Source: Camelus dromedarius (lineage: Eukaryota). From it: DNA of 64,000 nucleotides. The notes beneath the pieces were generated by a model. It ran no database searches, was not told where the DNA came from, and saw only the letters and a list, made by a program, of their open reading frames with translations. How positions within the stretch are numbered: the first letter of the stretch is position 1; each line of letters starts with the position of its first letter. The stretch spans positions 71,922,001 through 71,986,000 of the forward strand of contig NC_087437.1 of the NCBI RefSeq assembly GCF_036321535.1, read 5' to 3'. This document shows positions 48,371 through 60,623 of the stretch, piece by piece. The translations under genes and the position numbers were made by a program.

Positions 48371-49229
48371 TGTGGCCTGAAGGAAGGAATAAATGAAAAC
48401 CACCTTCGTACGCCCAGCGCTGGAGAGGAAAAACAGACCGTACCTCTGGCTGGGGGGGAGGGGAAAAACTTGCACCTTCTTCCTTCTTGGTGCTCATTCC
48501 CTCCCCAGCCCTCCTTCCTCGGGCCTCCCCTCGAACCCCTCCACCGCCTAGAACTTCAATCACTGTCCCCTGGCCTCCTTTCCTTCTCAAAATCATCTGG
48601 TTCTTTACCTTCACGACAGAATATAAATAATTGATAGCCATTTAAAAGTAACACCTTCCAGGAGGCATTTTAGAAAAGCTCTAAACCCTAAGCCAAAAGG
48701 ATGAGGCCCTGGTGGTAGAATTACAGGTACTGGCCAACAGGTGGGAGATGGGGCAAGAGGTAACGGGGCTTCATGGAGCCTATTAAAATCCAGCAGATTC
48801 ACAACCTTGGGATGCTGCTGGTCACTGAAATGGAATTTCTGAGAGCCTTTGCCATTGAATGAGGAACGGTGGCCAGAGAGCAGTCAAATCTCATAAGCAA
48901 ACAGAAAGTGCTGGAAAGGATTTGAGAAGAACAGATATTCTCAAATTTTAAAAGTATGATGATGTTTCAGGTGTAAATGAGCAAAACCTTTTAAAATGTA
49001 ATTTGGCCATACGTGAGCCAACAAATACTTAAACCATTTGATCCAGATACCTGACTCTTGCGAATTTATTCTAAAAAAATCATCAAGAATAAGAGAAAAG
49101 CTTTATGTACAAAGAGTACATTGCCATAGTATTTTTAGTAGTTAAGATTGGGAAAGAACCCTAAATGCTGAGGAGCAATGAGGAAAAAAACACAATGTAA
49201 ACCACATAGCGAGAGATCTGAGTTATAGT

Positions 49230-49416
49230 GGATCAGTGCACCTGAACTATTATTTACTGGCTGGGAGAACTTTGGTAAATTATTCAACGTCTCCAAGCTT
49301 CAGTTTTTTTGTCTGTAAAGTTTCTTCTTGTGATAAAAGTGTCTAATTCCTGGAGCTGCAAGGATTGAGATCCCTGCAGATAAAGCACTCAGCACAGTGC
49401 CAGGCCCAGCTATCAC
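49230..49416 (+). mobile_element. MIR SINE ending in a TTA repeat
   Basis: ctccaagcttcagtttttttgtctgtaaa...taaagcactcagcacagtgccaggc. Confidence 0.75.

Positions 49417-49473
<57 letters not shown>
49417..49473. repeat. (TTA)19 microsatellite
   Basis: Read directly from the sequence. Confidence 0.95.
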
Positions 49474-49479
<6 letters not shown>

Positions 49480-50242
49480 TCAATAGGTGGCATTATATCT
49501 TTGTGGAATGAATTCGTGAACCCAACATCTAAATCTCCCAACATTCTAGATAAATGAATATTACAGGAATCATATTGAGGCTAGAAGCCCCCTATGGGTA
49601 CACATTTTCTTATTTGTTTGGGATTTGTTGATTTCAAACAGGCCAGACTTGAGGGTATCTCTGCCCAGAGGTTGACTCCCATTTTCACCCCTAATTAACC
49701 AAAAATAACTTGGCTTTGAAGAACAGGGCAGATAATCCCTTTCAACTGTTTTGCCTGGGTACATTCTATGGAGGGAGAACTGTGGGTGGAATGGGAAAGG
49801 AAAGAGGTGAAAGGGGTCCAGTTAATGAGATAGCTTCTTCTCTGGCTTTTCAGCTGATTCTGAACTTGTTTTTAAGCATGGAACCCCTCACAAAGCTTTT
49901 ACCCTCCTCCTCTCCTCCCCTCGTCTTGACCCCAACTCAATCCTCAAATCTGATGTGATTGCAGGCTTGTTGAGGTCTGGAATCCCTTAACAAGAGGGGG
50001 ATGCCTTACTGGGGAAACACTGAGGGCCATCATTAATAAGTGCTTTGGTCTTGGACCTTAAAAAAAAAAAATAAATGCATTGGCTCGATTTACAGTCTGA
50101 TCCTTTTTCCCACCCACTCTTGCTCCTTTATTTACCTACCGCAGACGGGACTCCAAATCTGGGATTTTTCTCTTTATAACTTGTTCATGGGATAGTAATT
50201 TGATCTTCTTGGCTCCTTGTCTATTTGTTTTATTGTTGGAGA

Positions 50243-50245
<3 letters not shown>

Positions 50246-50297
<52 letters not shown>
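50246..50297. repeat. (GT)26 microsatellite
   Basis: Read directly from the sequence. Confidence 0.95.
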
Positions 50298-50298
<1 letters not shown>

Positions 50299-50611
50299 GG
50301 TGATCTTATGTTTACAGCTGCCCTGTGGTGCTTGTGAATTTATGTCCATGGACAAGCTGAGGTACACAATTCTTAGGTATAGCTTGTGAATATTAAGCTT
50401 TACCTATCTGTTCACATTTCTATATCTGATTATTTGGATAAATTTGTACCACTTTTATGTTAGCCGAAAAGAACAAGCCAAGAAAAGGCATGTTTCCTAC
50501 TTAAGGATGTCTAGAATGATATAACTCCCCAAATGAATGAAAGAGGAGGTGATGCTATGCCAGGACTACAATTAAACACCAAACACTTTCTAGAATATTT
50601 AAGAAAGCAGG

Positions 50612-50852
50612 CAGGGTGCATGATGGTACTCATGGGCCCAAGGTACTTTTGACCTCGTGTGCCCCTTCCTCCATATAAAAGTATTAAAAATTATCCCTTA
50701 TAACTTCTTTGCATGTAATAAATTACACTCATTATATTCTCCTCTGATTTTATGACAGATTAAACCATTTTTGCGGGTCCTTAAATGGATTGTGGGTTTC
50801 TTAAAGGATTGTGGGCTCCCTGTGCCTGCTGTAGCTCGTGTGTGTTAGCCTG
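50612..50852 (-). mobile_element. hAT-Tip100 DNA transposon remnant (ORSL-like)
   Basis: cagggtgcat...tgggcccaaggtacttttgacctcgtgtgccccttcctccat...ctctgatttta resembles ORSL in antisense (from memory). Confidence 0.6.
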
Positions 50853-51009
50853 GAGCCAGGACCTGAGAGGAAGGGCTGTGGTGAAGGCGGCCAAGGTCCT
50901 TCCCACAAAAGCCCCACCACCGTGGCCTTCTATTTCCAATGTCTGAGAGCCTAGGGGTTTCTCATATAGAATCTATGACGTTTCTTGCTAACCAGCAGTA
51001 GGTAAGCAC

Positions 51010-51260
51010 ACTGTAGTGGTTCTTGCCGTTCAATCAGACTTGGAGGTGAATTCCAGCTCTGCCACTTACTAGCTCTGTGACCTTGGGCAATCATTTAACC
51101 TCTCTGAACCTCAGTTCCCTCATCCATAGTGGAAAATCTATGTGGAAAGTCATACATTCCTCATGCTGTTGTGAGAATTTTGGGAGGTGATGGATGTAAA
51201 ATGCCTTAGCCCAGATTCTGGCATTTTGGGTGAGCATGCGCTACATGACAGCTGTTATAA
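51010..51260 (+). mobile_element. MIR SINE
   Basis: gaattccagctctgccacttactagctctgtgaccttgggcaa...aacctctctgaacctcagtt. Confidence 0.88.
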
Positions 51261-51759
51261 TTTACTCCTTATCTCTGTTTGGGGGCTTTTGTGCAATATG
51301 AATCTAGCCACCTGGCTCCAAGTGCAATGAAATCATGGGGTAGACATGCATCCAGATGAGTAAGAGTCAGGCGTTCCTAGTGGAAAAACTTGCTTGAGGC
51401 TGAGAGACATGTTGACTAGTTCTTTATAGATCAAGTCCCCACACTGGGTCTCAACTTTTCCAACTGAACCTTATGACCATCCCTTAGCTCCAATGTGCCA
51501 GGTTCTGGCTGTATACAGCTCAAGACACTTACACTAGATGCTCCAGCCTTCCCAGAACCCACCTCGCCCACTGTCAAGTTTCCATTCTCCAGACTTCTTA
51601 CCCTTGTTCCTTCCCCCTCTTAAATGAAGGTTTTCCATATGGTTCACTGCCCTCCTCAAATCCAAGTTTCTTTTTCCTTCCAACCTGTCATTGTTCTAGT
51701 TCATCCCTGCATCCCTCCACATGTCCTAAAATCAATAGTTATCTTTTTCTTGTTTTTGT

Positions 51760-51972
51760 TTTACTTATCCTATGCCAGCCGGGTTCTGCACATTCCATGT
51801 CTCATTTAAGCTTCCAGACAATCCTACAAGATAGTTATGATAATCTTCATTTTTACATACATACAGGAAACTGAACCTCAGAGCAGTTAAGTAACTTCTC
51901 CAGAATCAGCCTCAAGGGATTTAAATCTCCATCTTTCCAGAGCCCAAAGCTTAGAATGCTTTTTCCATTAAT
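51760..51972 (-). mobile_element. MIR SINE
   Basis: tctcatttaagcttccagacaatccta...aggaaactgaacctcagagcagttaagtaactt. Confidence 0.75.
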
Positions 51973-51973
51973 T

Positions 51974-52125
51974 AGGTCCACAATCTTTTACCTGCAGTTT
52001 CCACAAAAGAGCTCTAAAGAAATCACAAGACTTTTTTTTCCCCTCAAAACTCCTCTGGTCAAAAACCTGGCATGAACTGATGAGGCTGGTTATAATGTTC
52101 ACTTATGTCAGTTAGTGTGTTGAAT
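51974..52125 (+). mobile_element. TcMar-Tigger remnant (MamRep434-like)
   Basis: ggtccacaatcttttacctg...aaaacctggcatgaactgatgaggct...cagttagtgtg (family name from memory). Confidence 0.5.
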
Positions 52126-53849
52126 ACAGTCTGGATTCCCCTGGTCAGTGCTTTCTCTGCTATCACATGCTCTTACTTAAAGTTTAAAAGAAGCAGTACT
52201 CCCCCACCAGTCCAAGTGGTGCAGGGCCCCGTGTGTCCTAGCAATGACCCTGTAGAGTAAGCAAAGACTAGCGTGTTGGAACTCAGAACCATAATCCTGC
52301 AGCTAAGCCAAAACAATATTCCATGTGGGTTGATACTGAATTTCCCATCCAGGTCCCAGCAGAGCTGCGGCAAGCTGGCTAAGCAGCTCTTCCCAATAAG
52401 CAGATCTTGAGCCACAGGAAAGTAAAATAAATCTCCCAACTTGGCGATCAAAGGGAGAAGATTGACTCCTGCTGCTGACAAAGGGGCCCCTTGGGACCAG
52501 AGAAGAACAACAGCCGAGTGTCCTTTGTTTAGGATAAGGAGATGTTTGAATGACACGAGACAGCACATACATGAGCACCTAGTTGAGTTGCCCTCAGGAA
52601 CCATTCCTACCCTGCCTTTTACAACCCTGGGGTAGACAGAGGTGTACTGGGCATTCAAAATGGAACTCAGTGGGCCCAGAGAAAGGGAGAGACAGAGGAG
52701 ATACCAGCTCAGAGGATGGGAGCCTCAGACTTGATACCTCTCACCCTGGAGTTTCCCTTGGTGGCGAGTGGTGTTCATCATCTCATTTTTCCTGACAAGA
52801 TGGTGCTGAAATTCAGCCAAAGATGCAGCCTCTCTGGGTCTTAGAGACTTGGAAACTTGATAGGAGTGTGACATGGGAAGGGGTGGAGATGGCTGGTGGA
52901 AACTGACTGCCCAACGATCATCTGTGAGGCCCAAGAAGGGCTGGTCTTTCTTAGGGAGCTGTCAGAGGTGAATCCTGGTGAGGTTGGTCTACACAGATGT
53001 GCACTAAATGGTCCTTTTAGGCAATGGCTGGAAGCCAGGAGAGTCTGCAGAACTTCATCCAGTATAGAGAAAAATAAGTGGGAGTGAGCATTTAGCCATA
53101 AAAGCGCTCTGAATGACCCCCAACTTCATATCAGTTCTCCATTCTTATTCACGAAGCGGCTGAAGAAAGACCTTTGGCTTCTCCCTGTCTGGGTGATGTC
53201 ATTTCTGTATTTGGACTTTGCCTTAGAAATAATGTGATCCATTCCTCACCGTAAGAGGGGAAATGATACTTTTCAGACTGGAACAAAGCCTAACCTAACA
53301 TACTCTTGGACTTTGCAAAAGTACACTGTGTACCTTGTCTTTTATTTTTGGGCGTTGTCTCAGTCAAGGGTGCAGGGAGATTGGGAGAGGAGGTTCAAAT
53401 GAAAGAGGGTAGCATTGTGTGTGGGTGCTTGTTTATTTCTTAGGTGCTTTTGTCACTTAGATAAAAAGGTACAAAGAACAGTTTATCATTTCGAACATCT
53501 TGAAGCCCTAGAGACACTCGCTTGGATGCCATCAGAGGTAATTGCTAATGATGGACAGAAGAGTATTCATAGTTGGAGAATTTTAGATTTGGAAAAGAGC
53601 CCTCATCAAGTACTATTTCTTTAATTAAGAGATGAGAACACTGATGCCCAGAGAGGGTAAAGGACATTCTGAAATGACTGAAGAAATGCTGATTAAGAAA
53701 CCGCATGGTTCCTTGATGTGGCCACAGAAGCATCTTGGCATAGTCTAGGCTCTGGTACCACTAGCTACAACTGCTTCTTCCTGATAAAAGGGAAGAGAAT
53801 CCATTCATGCCAAGCTTCCTTTTCTCAAATATAAAATGAGGAAGCTGGA

Positions 53850-54520
53850 TAATGCCAACTGTTGGCAGAAATGTGGGCTCAGAGGACGCTCAGATACTGC
53901 TGATGAAACATGGATGGTGGAGCTATTCTGGAAAGCATTTTGGTTCTACTTAGCCAAGTAAATATTTACAAACCTAATGACCCAGCAATTTTACTGCTAG
54001 ACATACTATCCAGTGAAATGCTTACAATACGCCATAGGGGATACACACAAGGATGCTTACTCTAGTACTGTCTGTGGTGTCAGGGAGTTGGAGCCAGCCC
54101 GGCAGCCTCTTGGAGTGGATAGACAATGTACAAAAGAGGCCCATCCTGGAGGATGGGGCAGCAGTTAGAAGCAACACAAGAGACGAGGACAAGGCAACAT
54201 TCATGGTCTGGTACTGGTACTCCAACCGGAAAAAGTAAGAAGTAGCATGTGATATATAAATCTCATTGAATCTAAATACCATTTACTGTATTATACACCA
54301 CTATTTTATGCTTTGACTAAGAAAGTAAAAATTCTGCCAAGAAAACTGACATACCATTGATTGCAAGGTGCATCCTGATATCAGAGATTAAACTGTGAAA
54401 AAAAGGTTTTGGAATCCATTTATGTAAATAAAAATACATACAGGGTAATACATATGGCAAGAGCACCCTGAGAGACACATTAAGCATGTTGCATATGGGG
54501 TGTGTTGGTGAAATGGGAGC
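53850..54520 (+). mobile_element. L1ME-like 3' fragment containing a MER104-like (TcMar-Tc2) element at about 54258-54430
   Basis: gatactgctgatg...gacccagcaattttactgctag (L1) and ccattgattgcaaggtgcatcctgatatcagaga...tgtgaaaaaaa (MER104-like). Confidence 0.6.
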
Positions 54521-55275
54521 AGCTGTGCGGATAGACGGAGTAACAAACAAACGTGAGAGCTTTGCACAAACCCGGGATGACAAAGCGATTAACTCTCAGC
54601 AGCTGTGGATAAAAAGTGAGGAGGTGTAACATCAGCTTCATGTGCTTGTGGTGAGAATTACTGAAATAACCCAGACACGGTCCACAGCATGAAGGATTCT
54701 CAAGTTGTTTCTACTCTCCCACCATCTTTGGATTTGAAGATGCTACCCAGGACAGGAGTGGAAGAAAAAGGTTCAGTGTCCTGAGTGGCATTTACCTCCT
54801 TAAAATACCAGTAAACTTGAGTTTGCTTCACATTCAGGCTCCAATACACTATCAATACATGTGGAAACAGCAAGCAATCTCCTGCTTTCTGGCACCAGAA
54901 GTTCATTTGATTATTTGTTTACAGAAAGATTTAAAAGCATGGCGATAAAGATGATGATGACAATGATATTGAATAAAAACCAGTATTTCAGGAATGCTTA
55001 ATTTCCTGAAGTTCTTTGGATGATTTTCCAATGTCTCTGGAGGAGCAACACAAAATCAACCTAATACACAAATAATATACAAACAAAGATGCTACTGGGG
55101 GCTGCTGGGAAATGGGTTAACTTCCTAGGAAGAAGCTCATACATTCTTGAATTAATAACATGTTCAACCTGAAAACATGAAGTATTTTCTTGAAGAAGTG
55201 TTAAGGAAAGGGAACAACAACGCCTGAGGTGCTCTGGAAGGAAGAGTGAGGACCAGCGAGACACAATGAAAAGTG

Positions 55276-55897
55276 CATGAGTCCCCCTTATCTGTGGTTT
55301 CACTTTCCACAGTTTCAGTTATCCATGATCAACGTGGTCCGAAAATATCAAATGGGAAATTTCAGAAATAGACAATTAATATTTTAAATTGCATGCTGTT
55401 CTGGGAAGCATGATGAAATCTGTGCCGTCCTACTGGGATTCCTGACCATCAACATTGTCTGCTCCTGACATCCGACATCAGCGTCATCACGGTGTGATCA
55501 CCCAGGCTCCCCCACAGCAGAGGGTCCTCCTGACCTACCGTCAGAAGGTCGACAGCAGCTTAACACTATGTCACAATGCCTACGTCATTCACCTCACTTC
55601 ATCTCATCACAGAGACATTTTGAAATCTCCCATCATCAAAAGAAGGCTGAGTACACTACAGTAAGATATTTTGAGAGAGAGCAAGCGAGACCATGGTCAC
55701 ATAACTCTTATTGCTGTATATGGTTGTAATTGTTCTGTTTTATTATTAGTTATTGTTGTTAATCTCTTACTGTGCCTAGTTTGTAAATTAAACTTTATCT
55801 TACAGGTATGCATGTACACAAAAAACAGTATATATAGGGTTCAGTACTATCTGTGGTTTCAGGTACCCACAGGGGGTTCTTGGAACGTATCCCCTGG
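55276..55897. mobile_element. TcMar-Tigger DNA transposon (MER44/Tigger7-like), right end truncated
   Basis: Starts agtcccccttatctgtggttttcactttcc and ends tcttggaacgtatcccc. The expected right terminal inverted repeat is missing. Confidence 0.85.
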
Positions 55898-55926
55898 AAG
55901 CAGAAGGTAGTAGGTTCGATTCCTAC

Positions 55927-56064
55927 GTAGGTAGGTAGGTAGGTAGGTAGGTAGGTAGGTAGGTAGGAAGGTAGGAGGAGAGAGGAGAGAGGAGAGAGGA
56001 GAGAGGAGAGAGGAGAGACAGGCACTGGGGAAAAAAGAGAGAGGACAGGCACTGGGGAAAAAAG
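55927..56064. repeat. Compound repeat: (GTAG)10, (AGAGGAG)n, then a 21-bp unit twice
   Basis: Read directly. gacaggcactggggaaaaaag occurs at 56017-56037 and 56044-56064. Confidence 0.92.
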
Positions 56065-56559
56065 GTATAGCATCTCTGGGTTCCTGGATGTCTTTCTTTC
56101 CCTTCCTTTGCCTTTCTCTTAAATTTCAGCTGAATGGCTGGTTCCCTCTGTGCAAAGATTCTCTAGGGTCCCATTGAGCTCAAGAGTTTTATGACTTACC
56201 ACCTGGGGCACAATGGATAAGAATCTTTCTCATTGCTTATATTCGCAAAGTCTTGCTGTAAAAGACTAAGGAAGAGCCGTTTCTCTTAAATTTCTAGACC
56301 AGAGATTTGGAGGAAACAAACCAACAGGATTTAAATCCAAATAACGACCATTTCCTTGGGTTTGCATTGTTTTCCCCTAACTATGAGGACAGTAACAGCT
56401 GGTTCTGAGTGTGCAGTCCAGCCAGTGGACAAGTCTACTTTTCAGGGAGAATCTTTAGGATAGTCTGAAAGGAGGGGCAAATCCAGGTCACTTGTGACTT
56501 ACTCATTCACCCTCAGATTTCTAGACTTGGAGAATTCTGAAGCCAGGGAGATTATTTGG

Positions 56560-56812
56560 TCAGAAGCTCCAATCTGGGGTTCTTGAAAGGTGGGGGGATC
56601 CTCAAAGACCAAAAAAGTAGCTTTAAAAACCTTTCCTCGGTAACTTTTAAGTTTCAAAGGAATCATACTTTCAACAAACTCCCCAAATGATGATGCCAGG
56701 CAATTCAGCTGTTAGCACTGAGCACTCATGGGGCTTTGAGGCTCTGGCTGGCTTATGACATCATTGCAAAAATAAAGGAACAGGGGCCTTGGTAGTGACA
56801 ACACTGGGAACC
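56560..56812. mobile_element. Possible hAT-Charlie remnant
   Basis: Ends (cagaagctccaatctgggg ... ggggccttggtagtgacaacactgggaaccc) resemble Charlie/MER5-type termini. Confidence 0.35.
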
Positions 56813-57969
56813 CAAGATCAAGATCAAATCTCACTTTGTAGGGTTGGTAACCGAGATTCTCAGTGAGGTATGACAAATTACGTATAATGACTGGGTGGGC
56901 TTTCCAGAAGCTCCTAGGGCCACTCAGTTCACGTAAAACCCCTGAATGAATGAAGATGTTGATGTTTGTTTGTTGAGTTCAGGATCAGGTTTGAATAAGT
57001 AGCATTTCACCTTTTTTTTTTTTTACATTTTTCTTCTGTTCATAATTGGATGCTAGAGAAGGAACTTGAAACAGAAGACAGCCTGCTTTTCTCAATTTTT
57101 CTTGGAGACCCAGTACTTGGCCCAAACCTTACAGTAGAGCACAGACATATATGGACTCATTCTCTCTTTAATTTATAGGAATAGAACAGACTCCAGTCCC
57201 TAAACCTGAAATCCTGTTTGTCTAAGCAGTCTGCTATTGATGTATTAAATGGCGCTTAAGATTTAGGAGTTTCCTTTGCCAGTATTAAACAAGCAACTGA
57301 AATAAGGTCCACACAAAATCCTGCAAGCAGTGCACTGTGAAGAAGTTAACCACACAATCTCACAAAACTGAAGTGTCCGTAGAGAACAGTAACTTACGAT
57401 GCTAGGAAGTCGTCTCTGCGTATATAGGTCCTATGTGTGGCGAGGCTGAAAGGGCAGGCGAGTCTGACTTTGTTCTTCCTCATCCCGTCTGTAAAATCGT
57501 TTCTGCTCACTCGAGTGCCCTTGACTGTCAGGGAAGATAAGGTCTTTCATTAACGCACTGAAGGCTAACCCACACGGAGATTAGGTAATACCGCCATTGA
57601 TTTCCTTAAATTTCTTAGCGGCTGAGCCTGGGAGGCTGGGACAACATGAGGAAGTTTGCTAAGAGAATGAATCTTTGTTTTCAGGATGTTCAAGCATGAA
57701 AAGCTTACAAGGTCCTAGAGAAATGTTCAAGAGGAGGCTGAGCCCCTCCTATTAAACCCCCTCAATTCTATAAGATCGAACCATCCTTGGTCTCACTTTG
57801 GTTTCATGGGAACTTGAAAATCCAAGGCAAACTTGAGAAAGACTTTTTAAGGTAATTATTTTGTCCCTATGTTCTGAGGAGCAAAGGGATGAGAAGAGGA
57901 TCCAGTGTTGAGAGTATATTGGAAGACAAGTGCTAGTCTGGGCTCTTTCTCTAAGGCTATAGTTTATGC

Positions 57970-58135
57970 TTTTTAATTTATATTATTGAGATAATATTCA
58001 CATACCATAACATTCACCATTGTAAAGTGTACAGTTTGGCAATTTTAGTACCTTCACAAGGTTGTACAACCATCACTATTATCTAATTCCAGAACCCCAC
58101 CCCCACCAGGAAGAAACCCTATAACCTTTGGCAGG
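57970..58135 (-). mobile_element. L1MB-like 3' end
   Basis: tattgagataatattcacataccataacattcacc...aagtgtacag...ttcacaaggttgtacaaccatcactattatctaattccagaac. Confidence 0.85.
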
Positions 58136-58157
58136 CATGTAGACCTGCCTCAACATT

Positions 58158-58230
58158 ACTCATTCATTCACTCACTCACTCATTCAACAAGCACTTATGG
58201 AGCACTTAGAAAGCTCCAGGTATCGGATGC
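58158..58230 (-). mobile_element. L2 3' tail
   Basis: cattcattcactcactcactcattcaacaagcacttatggagcac. Confidence 0.7.
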
Positions 58231-58934
58231 TTTAAACCTACCCTTGCAGCAGAGGCACCCACAGCACAAAGTGGACTATTACCTCAGAAGCCAAGTCTCT
58301 TTTAGGCTTCCAGTAAAGTCTGCAGGTGTGAGACTGTGGCAGCTAGAGGTGAGTCATTCATCAGTGACTCGGGGAGGGCTGTGAAGAAGGAATCGTGATT
58401 GATGGAAAGTATACAGAGGGCTTATATGTTCTGCCGGAAGGTTTGCTCTGCGGCTTAGGTTCCTTTGAAATACCCACAGGCTCATGGCTTTTAGGAGTCA
58501 TTACCTCCCTGCAAGGATGTACTGGCCAGCAAACCCAACCCTTTCCCTTTCCATACTCCTCCGTCTCTCGTCCACATTTCCTGCTTAGTCTATGTCCAGC
58601 TGCAAAGCTTCTTTCCATCTCTGACAATTTCCATTTTATTTTCTTTCACCTAGTTTTTTTGCATGTCTTTTTTCCAATTATTTCTCCCTGTAAATCTCCT
58701 TTGCCTTCACCATCTCTTCTTCTTTCTTTCACTTTTATTCTTTTTAACTGGTCTTTCCCCACCCACCCGAGGTACCCAGCAGGCTTGGGTGGGAGAGTGG
58801 CCACAGAAGGGACTGCTGAGAGCTAAGAAAGCAAGCATGTCTCCTCCCTGGATACACTCACCTTCAGAGAAAGTGTGAACTTGGTACTCTTCCCTGCAAT
58901 GCCATTATTTATAATATATCAGTATAAAATAATA

Positions 58935-59160
58935 TAATTAGGCTCTTACTGTGACCAGACACTGTACTAAACTCTTTACAGGATTTATCTTATTTAAACC
59001 TCCCAATAATCCAATGAAGTAGGTTCTCTTACGATCTCTGGTTTACAGATTGGAAACCCTGGCCTTGGAGTGGTTAAATCACTTGTAAATGGTGGAAAGT
59101 CACCCAAAGTCAGCTCTATTTGACAGCGGAGCTGAAGTTGTGAGTTTACAACGCCTTACT
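58935..59160 (-). mobile_element. MIR SINE
   Basis: ggctcttactgtgaccagacactgtactaa...tcttatttaaacctcccaataatccaatgaagtagg. Confidence 0.75.
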
Positions 59161-60568
59161 TTCTCAGTTTCTCTCTTTCTTCTGATTCACCTCCCACCTA
59201 AGCTAGCTTCCTCTCTCCTTCTGAAGTGAACATGCATTAGAGCTGGCCTCTTGCCAGCTGCAGCCAGCTAGCGGATCCTTGGCACGGGCTCAGCTCAGAG
59301 CTCCACGAAGCATTGTAACTGCTGGTTCTAGGGCAATAAAACCTTAACAGTCTCCAGAAAAGACGGCTGTAAATTCTTCTGAAGTCCCACTCTGGGAGTA
59401 AAGGTTCACGCCTCTCTTCCCCCTCCCCCTCCTTTCCCTCCAACCCACCCCCAGGAACTCCCCCGGGTTTCATGAAAGGGGCCAGGCATTAAAACAAAGC
59501 AGAGAAATCCCAGCAGCCTTCAGCTGCAGCCAGGGTTGTGTTTTGTCTAAAGAACATTCTTAAAAAAAAAACCAAAAAGCTTTTGGTATCAACTTTGTTC
59601 ATGATCACAGACACATGGTTTATGCTTTGGTGAGCAATCTAGAGCAAAAAGAAGTGGCAGAGGAAAACGGCCAAGGAGGACAACAGAGCAGAAGCAAGGA
59701 ATAACCCTGGCCATGTAAGGATGCTCAGAAGAAAACTCTGTGGAAATGACACCCAAGGGATTCTGAGATTTTCCTCTCTCGATTATTTTAATATGTCACC
59801 TGGACCCTGACACTCCAGCTGTAGTTTTTCTGAAAAATTCATTTGGCTGTTTGGAACTGACCTGGGAAAGAAATATCAGCAGAGGCCTGAGAGGGAAGGA
59901 AAGCTCATTTTTTCCCTCAGGGAGCAAGAAAACAGATTCCACGAGCACCTGGGGGCTGACGTATGAAGAGTAACAAAGGGGCCCCTTTCAGAGGCTCCTT
60001 TTTGCCCCAGATTGGCTCACATTTAGCGAAAGCGTGAGAGAAGGACAGTGAGCTGGGAAAGTGACCACTGGGACAGATGTCCTGGGAAGCATGTGACCTA
60101 AGTCTTAGCCATCACACCAACAGAGGTGCCTTCACTTTTCTTTCCCAAGGAGAGGCAGTCCAAAGGGAGGGGAGCTGAAGAGCTGAGTTCTGACAGAGGA
60201 TGTACGTGCAAGTCAAGGATGGGTGAAACCCCGGGGGCCTCGGGCCTGATAAACACAACAAAAGGGTTTTATGAGTCTTATGTGATAAAACCCAAACTGT
60301 ATTTGTCCAAATCCTGCCCCTCTCTTAGTTTCTAAACCCCTGTGCATTTCACAGGAAATTAAATCTATGTTTGTCAGATTCCTTTACCCTTACCTCATGG
60401 AAGGGAGGGGAGACTGGAGTTGGCTTATGCACCAGAAACTACTAGGATTTGTTTCTTTAATCAACTTCTAGTGCTTTTCTGATCAAGACTGAAGTCCAGT
60501 GGCAGGGCCAGCAGCAGCCAGGCTGATCCTTTACAGGCCAGCTCCACAAGGACATGATTGCTGCTAAA

Positions 60569-60623
60569 GTGTGTGTGTGTGCGCACGCGCGCACATGTGC
60601 GTGCACATGTATGTATGTGTATA
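60569..60623. repeat. 55-bp perfect purine-pyrimidine alternation
   Basis: Read directly from the sequence. Confidence 0.9.

Noticed and set aside
52173..52658. 161-aa ORF (minus strand)
   Set aside because: No recognisable family and overlapped by equally featureless ORFs in other frames.
3700..58360. Scattered AP-1 sites (TGASTCA)
   Set aside because: About ten were seen, close to the roughly eight expected by chance in 64 kb.
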